Source: Octopus vulgaris
Taxonomy: Eukaryota
Length of the DNA: 64,000 bases
Reading direction: 5' to 3'
Assembly (NCBI GenBank): GCA_951406725.2
Contig: OX597821.1
Location: forward strand, 77,624,001-77,688,000
Position numbers and translations under genes: made by a program. Below are positions 37,051 to 49,049 of the stretch, piece by piece. Within the stretch, counting starts at the first letter, position 1. Each line of letters begins with the position of its first letter. The notes beneath the pieces were generated by a model. That model saw only the letters and a program-made list of their open reading frames with translations, was not told the origin of the DNA and did not search any database.

Positions 37051-37869
37051 CAGGAACATATAGTTTACAAGAACTGACCATTTTACTGACCAGTTATAAG
37101 AACTGACAAGAACTTTGGTCTAATTATCTTTTATCTTTTAATTGTTTCAGTCATTAGACAGTGGCCATGCTGGGGCACCAACCTGAAGAATTTTTAGTTG
37201 AATGAATTCATCCCATTACTTATGTTTCCAAGCCTGGTACTTATTTTATCAGTGTCTATTGCTGAACCACTAAGTTATGGGGATGGGAACACACCGTCTC
37301 CCATGTCCTCAAGTGGTGGTGGGGTGAGGGTTATATATACATAAATATATACACACACACACGTGTATGTATATGATGGGGTTCTTTCAGTTTCCATCTA
37401 CCACATCCACTCACAAAGGCTTTGGTCAGTCTGGGGCTGAAGTAGAAGACATTTAGCCAAGGTGCCATGCAGTGGGACCGAACCCAAAACCATGTGGTTG
37501 GGAAGCAAACTTCTTACCACACAACTACACTGGGTAGAGACGGTCCATATCAGTTTGGCCTCTTTCTCTTGACTTGTTCAGTTCAGAAGCACCCCACCCC
37601 AACCTCCCCGCCAGGAACTTTTACCTTGGTAGCATAGTTCTCAAGGCCATAGAAGCACACAAGCCACCACATAACAAGTTTTCAATGGATAAACTCATGA
37701 ACTGGAGAAACACAAGCTCTGTATGAGAGGTGAACCATTCATATGGCATCGTTAAAACCGAAGGTGTAGAAGTCTTCCTGGTCTATGAGAAAATCGGCGT
37801 CAGTCAAACAAAATGAATTCAATTAATAATGTCCACTACTAATCAACTACAGAGCAGGTTATCAGTAGC

Positions 37870-38176
37870 TAGAGAGAGAGGGAGAGAGAGAGAAAGAGAG
37901 GGGGAGAGAGGGAGAAAAAGAGAGAGGGGGAGAGAGTGAGAGAAGGGGAGAGAAAGAGAGAGTGAGGGAAAGAGAAAGAGAGAGAGGGGAGAGAGAGGGA
38001 GAGAAAGAGAGGGGAGAGAAAGAAAGAGGGAGAGTGGGGGAGAGGGAGAGGGGGAGAAAGAGGGAGAGAAAGAGAGAGAGAGGGAGAGAAAGAAAGAGGG
38101 AGAGGGGGAGAAAGAGAGAGGGAGAGAAAGAAAGAAAGAGAGAGAGAGAGAGGGAGAGAAAGAGAGAGAGAGAGAG

Positions 38177-38240
<64 letters not shown>
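37870..38240. repeat. Polypurine (GA-rich) tract followed by (GT)n
   Basis: ~305 nt almost only G/A, then ~30 GT units. Confidence 0.95.
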
Positions 38241-38242
<2 letters not shown>

Positions 38243-38659
38243 CAAAGAAATGTCACGACTGAAATCATAAACATGTCATTTGAACAACATTTCTGTCAAG
38301 AAGGATAGATTTTACTGTCCATGAACCAGTTTGTTTGAATAATAAAACAATGGGGAAGCATGGTTAATGTTGAGTGATGGCCATCATCATATAGCGGTGC
38401 GCTTGTGTGCGCATTGTGCGTTCGTACATATGCACACATTTGCGTGCGTGCGTGCCTGTGCATGTGTGTGTATGTATGTGAAGAAAGTTTGTTTAGCAGA
38501 GATGATTGAGCTGCACGTGTGTCATATGGAGCAACCATTTAGATCAGTATGGGTTCAGCTTCAACTGACCAACCTCGACAATATTGAATTGAAGCACCGA
38601 ATATTGGTAGAATCTTGATTAATTCAAATTTTTTCCTGCTCATTATGTTAAGTATATTA

Positions 38660-39001
38660 ATCATTATCATTGTTCGACCGTGGTCGAGACAATAGAATTT
38701 ACTATGTTACGCCAGACTTCATGGTCCATCATAGCATTACGGAGGTCCTGTTGCTGGATGCCTGTATCCCTGGAGATTACATCAGGGTAGGAGAGTGTGC
38801 GCCCTCTGGTATCGCGAGTAGATGGCTTCCAGAGGAAAAGAGTAGAGATTACCTCGTTTTCAGCTCTACAACAATGTCCAGCAAACTGGACTCTTCTACC
38901 TTTCACAAGAGATGATACAGGTGGTAGTTTCCCATATATTTGTACTTTGATTGGATGATGCTTCCACGAGAGATTTTGAGCTTTCATAAGGAGGCAAGTG
39001 T
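38660..39001 (-). mobile_element. RTE-clade LINE 3' end (ORF2 C-terminus)
   Basis: LMKAQNLSWKHHPIKVQIYGKLPPVSSLVKGRRVQFAGHCCRAENEVISTLFLWKP..RGRTLSYPDVISRDTG..AMMDHEVWRNIV..EQ*, followed immediately by a short (TGA/TAA) tail. The RR.QFAGH..R and DR..WR-like motifs are RTE hallmarks. Confidence 0.85.
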
Positions 39002-39393
39002 ACTTCACTACATAGTTTCCATGCAGATGGTACCCCTGGATAATTCCCCAGGTTATTATCTTATGTTGTCGTTCCTCAGTATAGCAATTTAGCAAGCGTG
39101 GCCAGTGTCAGTACTGCCAAACTGGCCCTCGTGCTGGTGGCAGGTAAAAAGCACCCACTACACACTCAGAGTGGTTGGCATTAGGAAGAGCATCCAGCTG
39201 TAGAAACCTTGCCAGATCGGATTGAAGCCTGGTGCAGCCTTCTGGCTTGTTAGCCCTCAGTCAAACTGTTCAACCCATGCCAGCATGGAAAGCGGACTTT
39301 AAATGACGATGATGATATATTATTTTATATTTGAGGATGGTCATTTCACCTATATATAAACACACTATTTACTTGATCTGCACTTTAGTTTTA

Positions 39394-39744
39394 TTATTAC
39401 ATCCGCCTTCGCTAAGGTGGAGATATTGTTTACGGTTGTGTTTGTTCATGGGCAAGATATTTCAAGAACCACTGAATGAATTCTGATGAAACTTTCAGGG
39501 ATGTTTGACCTTATGACTGGCAAAATTTGATTAAATATTGGAATCGATCCAGTACCTGACAAGGATCATGGATTTTTTTCCGTGTTTTTTTTTTTACTTA
39601 ACTTTTGAGAGTGGTCGGGTTCATTTTTAGTATACTTCTTTATCAGAGCAGTCAAGATTATTTCAGATATTTGCATTTTAAAAATCATCTCATTGAGAGG
39701 ACATTGGTACTGCCTTGGAGGAGGTTTGTGCTCTCAGTGCTCTT
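39394..39744 (+). mobile_element. Non-autonomous Helentron (third copy)
   Basis: TTATTACATCCGCCTTCGCTAAGGTGGAG..CCTTGGAGGAGGTTTGTGCTCTCAGTGCTCTT. Confidence 0.75.
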
Positions 39745-42700
39745 CTTTTCTTCTGTTGTCATTCTTTAGTATAACAATTTAGCAATAATTATTATTTTAT
39801 ATTTGGGGACAGTCATTTCGCCAATAAATAAACACACTATTTGATCTTCACTTTAGTTTTATTATTATTATTAGTTTAAGGCAGTGAGCTGGCAGAATTA
39901 TTAGCATACAGGGAAAAATGCCTAGAGGCATTGCATCCGTCTTCATATTCTGAGTTCAAATTCCACCAAGGTTGACTTTCCCGTTCATCCTTTCAGTGTT
40001 GATGAATTAAGTACCAGTTGCAAACTGGAGTTGATGTAATCAACAAGTTCCCCTCCCCCGAAATTTCAGGCCTTGTGCCTTTAGTAGAAAGGATAATTAT
40101 CATTATTAGTTTATTTGTCAAAGTTCTTTTGTCACACATTCTGTGATTTCTTCAATGCCTATCTGTTCTTCTCCATGTCGCCTCTCTGGTCTTGTCCATT
40201 CCAACTTGCCTTTATTATTCTTGATATTAAGAGTAGTGGATTGGTAGAATCATAAAAGTTCAGGACAATATTCCCAGTGGTGAATGCAGGGATGTTGCCC
40301 TACTTGCCCAGACAACAACCCTTTCTAGCCAAGCTGACACCAAATATAACAATGTTGTTATTGTATTTCCAGCAGATTTTACAGCATTACTGTTTCATAT
40401 GCATATGGTCTGCTACAAGAAAGTTAGAAATAAGAACATGTCCTTTGGGGCAACACCCAAAACAAAATCCTAAACCGCCCCACCCCCGTTCCTTACTGTA
40501 ATGTTTTGTTGTGCTTCAAGTCCTACCAAAGTCAGCTTTGCCTTTCATTTTCCAGGGTCGATGAAATACAGTACCAGTCAAGTACAGGCATTGATTTAGT
40601 TGACTAACTCCTCCCAGCAAAAATTTCTAGCCTTGTGCCTGTTTTTTTACTCTTGTTTCAGTCATTGGACTAGGGCCATACTGGGGCACCACCTTGAAGG
40701 ATCTTAGTTGAAAAAAAATTAAGCCAAGTATTTCAAAGTCTTTTTTTGTTGAGCTGCTAAGTTACTAGGTTGTAAACAAACCAGCAGTGGCTGTTAAGTA
40801 GAGGGAGAGCAATCAATACAGACACACCTCTCTCTCTATATATATATATATACCATGGGCTTCCATCTCCCATGTTTACTCAGAAGGTATTGGTCAACTT
40901 GAGCTATAGTTGAAGATACTTGCCTTAAGGTGTTGTACAGTGGGCCTGAACCTGAAATCACATGGTTGCAAAGGTAGCTTTTTAACCACACAGCCATGCC
41001 TGCACCTATCTCAGAAATAGCTATGGATCTGGTATGTATGGTAGAGACCCTGCTTTGCTGAGGAGGTCTGATAAGAGTGAAACATGTCCAAAGTTGTCAC
41101 CATGCTAGGCAAAAGTTTTCTGTTCCCCCTCCACACACACTGCATGACAATTCTCTTTATCAATTGACAATAATATGTTGTCAGCTGATTTTTGAGGTTG
41201 AAATTTGGAGTTGTCAGCTCTGTCTGTCTCGATCAACTTTGAGATTTGACCCAAAAGTTACCATTCTCTTCAAAATGCATGTAAGGTCTTAATTAAAATT
41301 TTCTTCTTTGCCACACTCAGTTTTGATTAAGGCAGAATTAGACAAAAATTTCTTGCAGTATTTAGCTAGAGCTCTTTTACATCCCGAGTTCAAATCTTGT
41401 TGAGTCCATCTTTGTCTTTCATCCTTCACGAATCAATGAAATAAGGTACCAGTCAAGTAACTGAGTCTATTCAATATTTCTATGAAATATCCAAAATATG
41501 AATGGAATCACAAAACAAGGGCAGTGAATACCCAAGCTAAGTTTCAACCAAAACCCTGTAATCAGGAAACGCCCAGATTTGATAACTGAGACACCATGGG
41601 GGTGTGTTAGTGTTGCAAGAATTTAGAATCAAGTTATTTGGAAAGTTTCTGCATTGTAAGGCCGTCTGGGTTCTATGGACCTTTGTGTGAATTCCATTGA
41701 TTTAACAAACAACATTTGTATACTGAGGAAACGTTAAGAGATAACGATGTTAGGTTTCTGATATGTGAAGGGATTTATTATAGAGAATAGTTCTTCATTT
41801 TTATGACCTACGCTAAAGAACTTCTGAATCATCTTGCCGTTCTTCTTTCAATGTTCACTGGCATTCCTTGGCTATCTGACAACAAAATGATAACATTGAA
41901 ACAAACTACTCCTTAGTTTGTAATATTAATACGGCTAAAACATTTTGTCATATTAAAACAATTTCATTGTAAAGAAATGAAAGAGTTTTTGTTAAGAAAT
42001 TCCTTTAATAAAACCTTTCAATAAAACAAAAATTTAAAAAAAAAGATGTGATGACTATTTTATTTATTTTTCCCTCCTTTACTTGTAAATACGTTAACAC
42101 AGCCCACGTGTTGTAAAGATAGAGTAAAAATTCCACTGCTGATAGCGAAGAAGGGTTTATTTATTTGTTTTTTCCCTCTTTTCTAGTAGCTACTACAGAC
42201 AGAATAGTGTTTCTATAAGTTATGTCTTAAACGTGGAGAGGGAAATGTCAAAATAATTGAAAAAGCCGACCTGAAAAGTAATAACAAAATAAATGTCAAG
42301 TTTTATTATAAGTTGTTCTTTTCCTTAATGACGGGGTTTTAATCTAATTAATAAGCACAGTATTAATGATTTTTAAAAAATTGTTTTGAAATATTAAATA
42401 AAATTATATAATGGCAATCCACATTAAAAGTAATGATAATGCGATTAATACTCCCGCTTTCCTTTTAGCACCTAAACTATTACCCCACACCCCCTACATC
42501 ACTACCAACAAGCAACATCGAGACAATCTCTACGTGATCCAATCCGCTAGAAATAGCAGTTAAAACTCCATCAAAATGTTCTACATGCACAGAACAGAAA
42601 GGACATAGTTTACTACTCAACATGTGGTCACGATTGGACAGCTTTTTGATCATAGGCAAGCGCTGAAAGCAATGGGTTGCTACTCTGAGATACCCCGTTT

Positions 42701-43389
42701 CTAGGGACTCAACGGTTAATCTATGAATGCTAAGGCTCGCCGTCAGTAAGTTAATACTAAAGGACCAAGTGCATAACTTCGGCCAGGCGAGGGCCTACAA
42801 TGATGTTAAAAAAGGTCCTGTTTATAAGCTGCTCAATCTTGGCTGAGCTGGGGTTAAACAAGGGCAACACAAAAAGTATCAACACTAACGCCAACTAAAA
42901 TAATACTAATATAAACTATCTGAACCTTTATTGTTTAAATACTTGTAACATGATTTTGCGAATAAACGGTGAGGAATATCATGTTACCTCTCTGGAATTT
43001 ATCAAATTCTCAACTAATATTGACGTATGCATGTGTGAATTTATGTATGTACATATTACCCGCACAAATACACACACACATACATAAGTATGTGTGTGTT
43101 TATGTTTGTATACATGTTTTATGGGTACGTCTGTTCTGCCAAATAAAAAAAAAACCCTCGAAAAATAAACATGCGATAACTAACTCCACAAAACTACCAC
43201 AATTATTTTCGATTAGCAGAACAAAATGATATTCAAAGAATGCGAGTCACCAGATTTTGTTTAAAGTATGTAACAACACACACATAACATGTACGTATGT
43301 ATTATGTATGTATCTATGTATGTATATATGCATGTATGTATGTGTGTGTGTGTATGTATGTATCTATCTATGTAAGTATATATATATAC

Positions 43390-43433
<44 letters not shown>

Positions 43434-43479
43434 CACACACACCTCCATACATATATATAAAATAATAAACAAAAATAAG

Positions 43480-43800
43480 AATGCAGAGACGGCGGCGGTG
43501 TTGTTATTAATGCTGATTATGTTATAGAAACGGGCACATGTATTAAAATATTTTCTCTAATTTCGAGATGGTGTGTTTTCTGTCGACCATTCATCTTTTA
43601 GCGTGAGCCGCTAAGCCCCGCCTACTTTCGAATCAGGCGATCGCTATGATTGACGTACGCATTGAGCAGCGGCGGCTTTTGTAGTAAGTAGTAAAAACGT
43701 TGACAAGTGCGACGGCAGTCAATTTCACTCGAGCCAGGGTCAACTTCGCTTCGGGAACGGAATTTGCACGTTTCCCCTCTTACTTTACCCTGAACAACAA
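43480..43800. promoter_or_regulatory. CpG-rich promoter / 5' UTR region of LDLRAP1, possibly bidirectional
   Basis: Local CpG enrichment in an AT-rich, CpG-poor background. GC box GCCCCGCCT (~43615) and TGACGT half-CRE (~43651), directly upstream of the ATG exon. Confidence 0.6.
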
Positions 43801-43867
43801 ACACTGTAAAAAGTATTTATTTTTCTTCTTAACCATTTAAACACTACTTAAAATACCATCTCAGAGA

Positions 43868-43934
43868 ATGGATGTATTATTTAGAGTCGTACGCCGAAGC
43901 CCTACCGTCTTCAGCTCCTTCAAAAGACATCACA
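43868..43934 (+). CDS. LDLRAP1: LDL receptor adaptor protein 1 (ARH) orthologue, coding exon 1
   Basis: MDVLFRVVRRSPTVFSSFKRHH+A|gtaagt (phase 1). Resembles vertebrate MDAL..RSPS..RHRKL and joins in frame to exon 2. Confidence 0.85.
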
Positions 43935-46900
43935 GTAAGTGGTTTTCCTCTTCTTATTTTTTTTAAATAAGCATCATTCATTTATTGTCAGTATTGTATT
44001 GATAAAAGATGTTGATATATTATCAGTTTATCTACTAAAACATGCTGCAGCAGACTCGACTAGCGAACAAGAATTACACCCGGGAAAATTCTGCATTTAC
44101 AATTATGACTGATTATTTTGACAGATCTTAAATTATACTAATTTAAACTTGTTAATTTCCTTTGATGCAGTTTTAAAGTAATTATATCCTTTATATACAA
44201 CTTTTGACATTGTTAATGTAAAAGCTACGTGTAGAGATGCCGGCCGCATTATCTCCTTAATACCTACACCTACGCTGCTTCGCCGGTGGCCTGATGTCGT
44301 ACGATATTCCAGCTACGAATCAGAACATGTTTTCTTGACAGCAATTAAGAACAATTTCCCAGTTATGTTTTTTCTTTCTAATTTATATTTATTTAATCGT
44401 TCCGTTATGAAAGCCTTCGGCAGAAACCAATGACATTAGCTTGTTATTTGATGAATTCGGGGGAAACAAAACTACTTGTAAGCATCGAAATTAACTCCTT
44501 GAAAGGGGAGGCAGGGTGGAAAGGATATATGTAGATGTTTCCATATATGTGTGTGATTGTGTGTATATATATATATATATGTTTATGTATGTGTGTGTGT
44601 GTGTGTGTAATGTATTTCTTTGTGAGACTGCATAACTGCTGGCGCCGGTTTTCCTCCCTGCGATCTACTAAAAATAGCAACTAAATTTCCCTCAAATCAC
44701 ACCCTACATGCTTTAAACTTCCTCTCTAACACGTTACAGCTTAAACAACATCTAATAGAAATAAAAGACTTGGATATTTACCACTAAAACATCTTTCAAT
44801 TTTGAATCTACTCGAAAGCTGACATAGCACTAAACAAGACCCTTATTTTCTGGTTTAAGCTAATGTTCAAACATTGAAATTAAAAAAAAAAATGAAGACA
44901 AGCAATCTGCAAAGTATACATGCATATAATGTATAAATATATGTGTGTATATGCATGCATATTATCTGTATACATGTTATAATAAATATGCATACATCTG
45001 GCGAATGCATTTGCTCGCAACCTTGTAGCCAGTGTCAAATTGTATCGCTCAGCACCGACAACTGTCCTTTACTGATAGTTAGAAAATAAAGCTTATTTAA
45101 TAATGATATTAAAAATGTAAAGCATCGCTCCTAATAATAATTTCCATAGTAAATCGTTTTTAGTTTCGTTATAACCGACTTAACAAGGTGTGGTTGAGTT
45201 ATTTAACTGGAATGCTGTCTGAGTCGAGAAAGAGAGGCACTGACTATGAGGAAGAACGTTTCAGCCGCAACATCAGCCGATGCTACTTATGCAGGGGAAC
45301 CCAAGTGGCGTGATCGGCTGACATTGAAATACTCTCTCCCCCTCTCCCCCACACTAGCTTCATTCTCTTTCTTTTTCAGTCTCCTTCTCTCTTCATTCTC
45401 TTTCTTTTTCACTGTCTTCCTCCCTCCCTCTCTCTCTCTTACACACTAATTACTTCTAGACACGAAAGCCGACAAAATCGGTGCTTGTAACAAGTTTTTA
45501 ATTTATATTTTTACTCCTTTATTTTGGAGTTTGGTCACTCTGTATTCAAACTTTCGGTGATATATTAAATTAAATCTTTACTTATATATATAAGAAAATA
45601 TGTTTAATATAACCGAAAATATATATCGTCAATGCTCTGTTTCTTGTAGGGTTAATTAAAATGTGCAGCAAAACAGTTAACTATACTAAAGACAATAATT
45701 TAAATGTACAAATATACATATGTATGTCTGTGTTTATATATATATATGCATACACACGCTATATTTTAAAAAAAAAACTGCTACTACATATGTTTGTGTG
45801 AAATAATTTATGTTCAAAATGTTCTTGGGAAAGGCATGAACATTACAAAACTTCTTCAATGTAAAGAAATTATCCCCTGTTTAGCGATTAAGACTTCAGG
45901 TGACCGAGAAGAGAGAACTTGCATTATACTTCAGTAACTTGCATCGGTTGCGAGTTCAGATTCCGTTTGTGTTTATGTTAGCTTGTCATGGACTCTTGGA
46001 GCAGATCCTGTTCAAAAGGAAATTAACAGTTGTTGACATGTAATTACCAAACAATGGTATTTACATTGTTTTGCTTTCAGCGTCAACATAATAGAAACAT
46101 TACTATAGAAGGAAGCAGACGCCTTTAAAACTACCATGTAACGTAAGACCTCAGGTATTTCCACGCCAAAAATATCTCATTAGTGCCCACCTGTGGGAGT
46201 GAGATGGAAGTATGTTCATTGGCACTGCGCTGGCTTTTATTGTTAAAAAGTCACTGCAAATTATAAGGTACTGATAAAAAATAAATTTTAAAAGTTCTTA
46301 TACACAAGCAAGTGGTAGTTTCTCGGTGTGCCAATTTTGCGTCTGGTTTCAATTCCAAGCTGGAGTTAATTTATTCCTACCTCGCAAAGTATGAATGTCA
46401 CAGCAACTATTCCTCTTCGTAATTTATAGACGTTATATATCTGGGGTTATTTGCTTTGAATTAAAAAATTTTAGGATAAAAAAATTATTTCCAACATAGC
46501 ATCTAATAATATCCTTTCATCTTGCACACAACCTTACAGGAAACATTTATGTGGCCGTTGAACCCGCCAGAAATAACAGCCAAGTTACATTCAAATCGTA
46601 TCTTGGAGCAAAAGGGAAGGATATCTATGTATATTCCTCTTCACTAACTGCTGACCTGGGGCTGAATAACTTAACGTTAAACTAAATACGTGGTTACTCT
46701 ATATGCTAGAAATAACAACTAAATCTCCTTCAAACCACACCCTACTTTTGACAATGTAGTTTCCTGATAATCAAGGTTCGCTTGCTTTTGATCATTAGTT
46801 TACCGACTAAACAATAATTTAGAGATTAAAATGCTTACTTTATTCCTGATTTATTTCTGGTAATAGATTTTCCCTCTAATGTATAATGTCATTGTTTTTC

Positions 46901-47464
46901 AGCCACAGGTGAGTCCTGATCAAGTAGAACCGTTGTCATAAGTAATAACACCGTGATCATCCTTATTGTTTTGGACCATAGTACCTAGGACTACATTATT
47001 TAATGTGTTCTTTTTACTAAAGGAAACTGTTATGTCAAAGCATTTTGGCTGCTATTTCTAGCAAGTCGAGCGACCCTGTAGAAGCGTTTTTGTAATGTTG
47101 TATACGTTACTAATGCAATTAAAAAAATATATAGTCAAGTCACTATTTATTTGCTACGAAAATCTACTCAATTAATGAAAACATTTCTTTATAATTAAAT
47201 CAAGCCGGTATATTTTAAAAGCTGACAGGGTTAGGATAGTAGTCCATTGTTAGGGAGATTTGACTGTTATTTCTAGCGAGTTGGGGAACCCGTAGTAGCT
47301 CTGTTGTAATTTTTTTTAATTAAGTCGATTTAATTTTTACCAAAGTGTAGTTAACGAAAACAATTTCTTCACAATTAAAGCGGACCGGTGCCTCATAATT
47401 GCTGACCGGGTCATTTCAATAGTTCATTACATAGCAACGACATTATTAAGGTGTGTATTCAATA

Positions 47465-47540
47465 ACGCTGATCAGGTGACTTGGCGCGTTGCTTTCCCCG
47501 CCTGTCATTGGTCAATTACCAACATCACGCCACTATTTCA
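47465..47540 (+). promoter_or_regulatory. Intronic motif cluster: E-box, GC box, inverted CCAAT, SRE-like
   Basis: ATCAGGTGAC 47471-80, CCCCGCC 47496-502, ATTGG 47507-11, ATCACGCCAC 47524-33 in a locally CpG-rich patch. Confidence 0.45.
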
Positions 47541-49049
47541 TTATCATATAGCTACGAACAATACTTGAAAAGTTACGTGTTTTTTCCCCTTCAACAAACT
47601 AATCTGTCGACTTATCAGTATGTTTAGAAATTCAGGATTCTAAATTTTTAGCGTAAATTGAGGAGGAAAACCCGTCATTTAATCTCCAACAGCCTTTTGA
47701 TTATTATTATTATTGTGATATCAGTGATGATTGTGGGAGCTCAGAATCGGTGGCTGGCTCTGTAGAGCGGGACTATCTTCGTGTGTTGGGTGCAGATGTA
47801 CCCAAACTGCATCTAATAACGTTCAAGAATTTCACAAGGTTCCCCCCCTCCATTAAATAAATAAAGCTATAAAATATCGGTTATGACAAGGGTTTTCTTA
47901 ATAAATACGCTCCTTACATTTGATAAATATTAAATGTTACTGCGCCTGTTAGTGTGTGTGAGAGTATGTATATTTGAAATCAATTAAGATAGCTTGATTG
48001 TTAATTAGAAAGAAATTAGATTTCTGTTTAACCACGTATGGTAATATAAAGAGATTAATTTTAAAACATCATCAAAGGCAGATGTGTTGTAATAATTAAT
48101 ATATTGATATTAAATTTCATTTATCCTAATTAACAAAGTTATTTAATTTTGAAGTCATTTATATTGACAATAATATGAATTAACTAAAAAGAAAACCTCA
48201 TTAAATTTTAATCAAAGCCTATATTAATTGCATAATAGCTGCAGAAATGATAAGCGCTTATAATAATAGTTCAAGAACGTTCTCCACGCTGAGAACCCCC
48301 GCTAAAATTATTTGTAGCTGATACCTTTGCTACTTATTAAATTCCAAGTGCGCGTGATTCCAGCAAGCCATGAATACCACACAATAGCAGTATTTCTCCT
48401 TACTTAGAGATCCTACGTTTGTACCTCTGTATCAGAAATCAATATGATAATAATAATACTGCTGTATCATTGATATTGTCACGAGTTCTTTTGGCTGCCT
48501 CACTAGCAGATTCTAGATGATTTCATGCTCGGTTGATTATCCTGTTGGATAATCTAGTTGCTTCAATTTACTCAACCCTGCCCTATTCTATAAATACCTT
48601 TTATGCCTTCAGTTACATTTCAGTTAAGGCGCGAGAAATAGGGAGTGAGGATGAAATATCTGAACGATATTTTGTATTGTGTTTACCTCCACACCCACTA
48701 CTAATTAATACTGTTGCTTAAAATAAATGTAGGTTATCTATTAAAAATATAGATAGATACTAATATTAGATGTCTTGTAAAATAAATATAAATACTCCTG
48801 GAGATATTCGAATTCCTGTGATTAATAATTATGATCTTAATATTTGTCGCAAAGCAACAAAAATACATTTACAATACAGTATTCGATATATATAAGCATG
48901 AAAATCAAATTTGACTGGCTTATATGTAAAGAAAAAGCTTATCAGATCTCCACTCTCCAAAAATATCAAATTAGTTACCTTATGAATGGAAGGAAGTATG
49001 TAACGATAGAATATCTGTATACCAAAGACTTTATTCAATGAATAATGCT

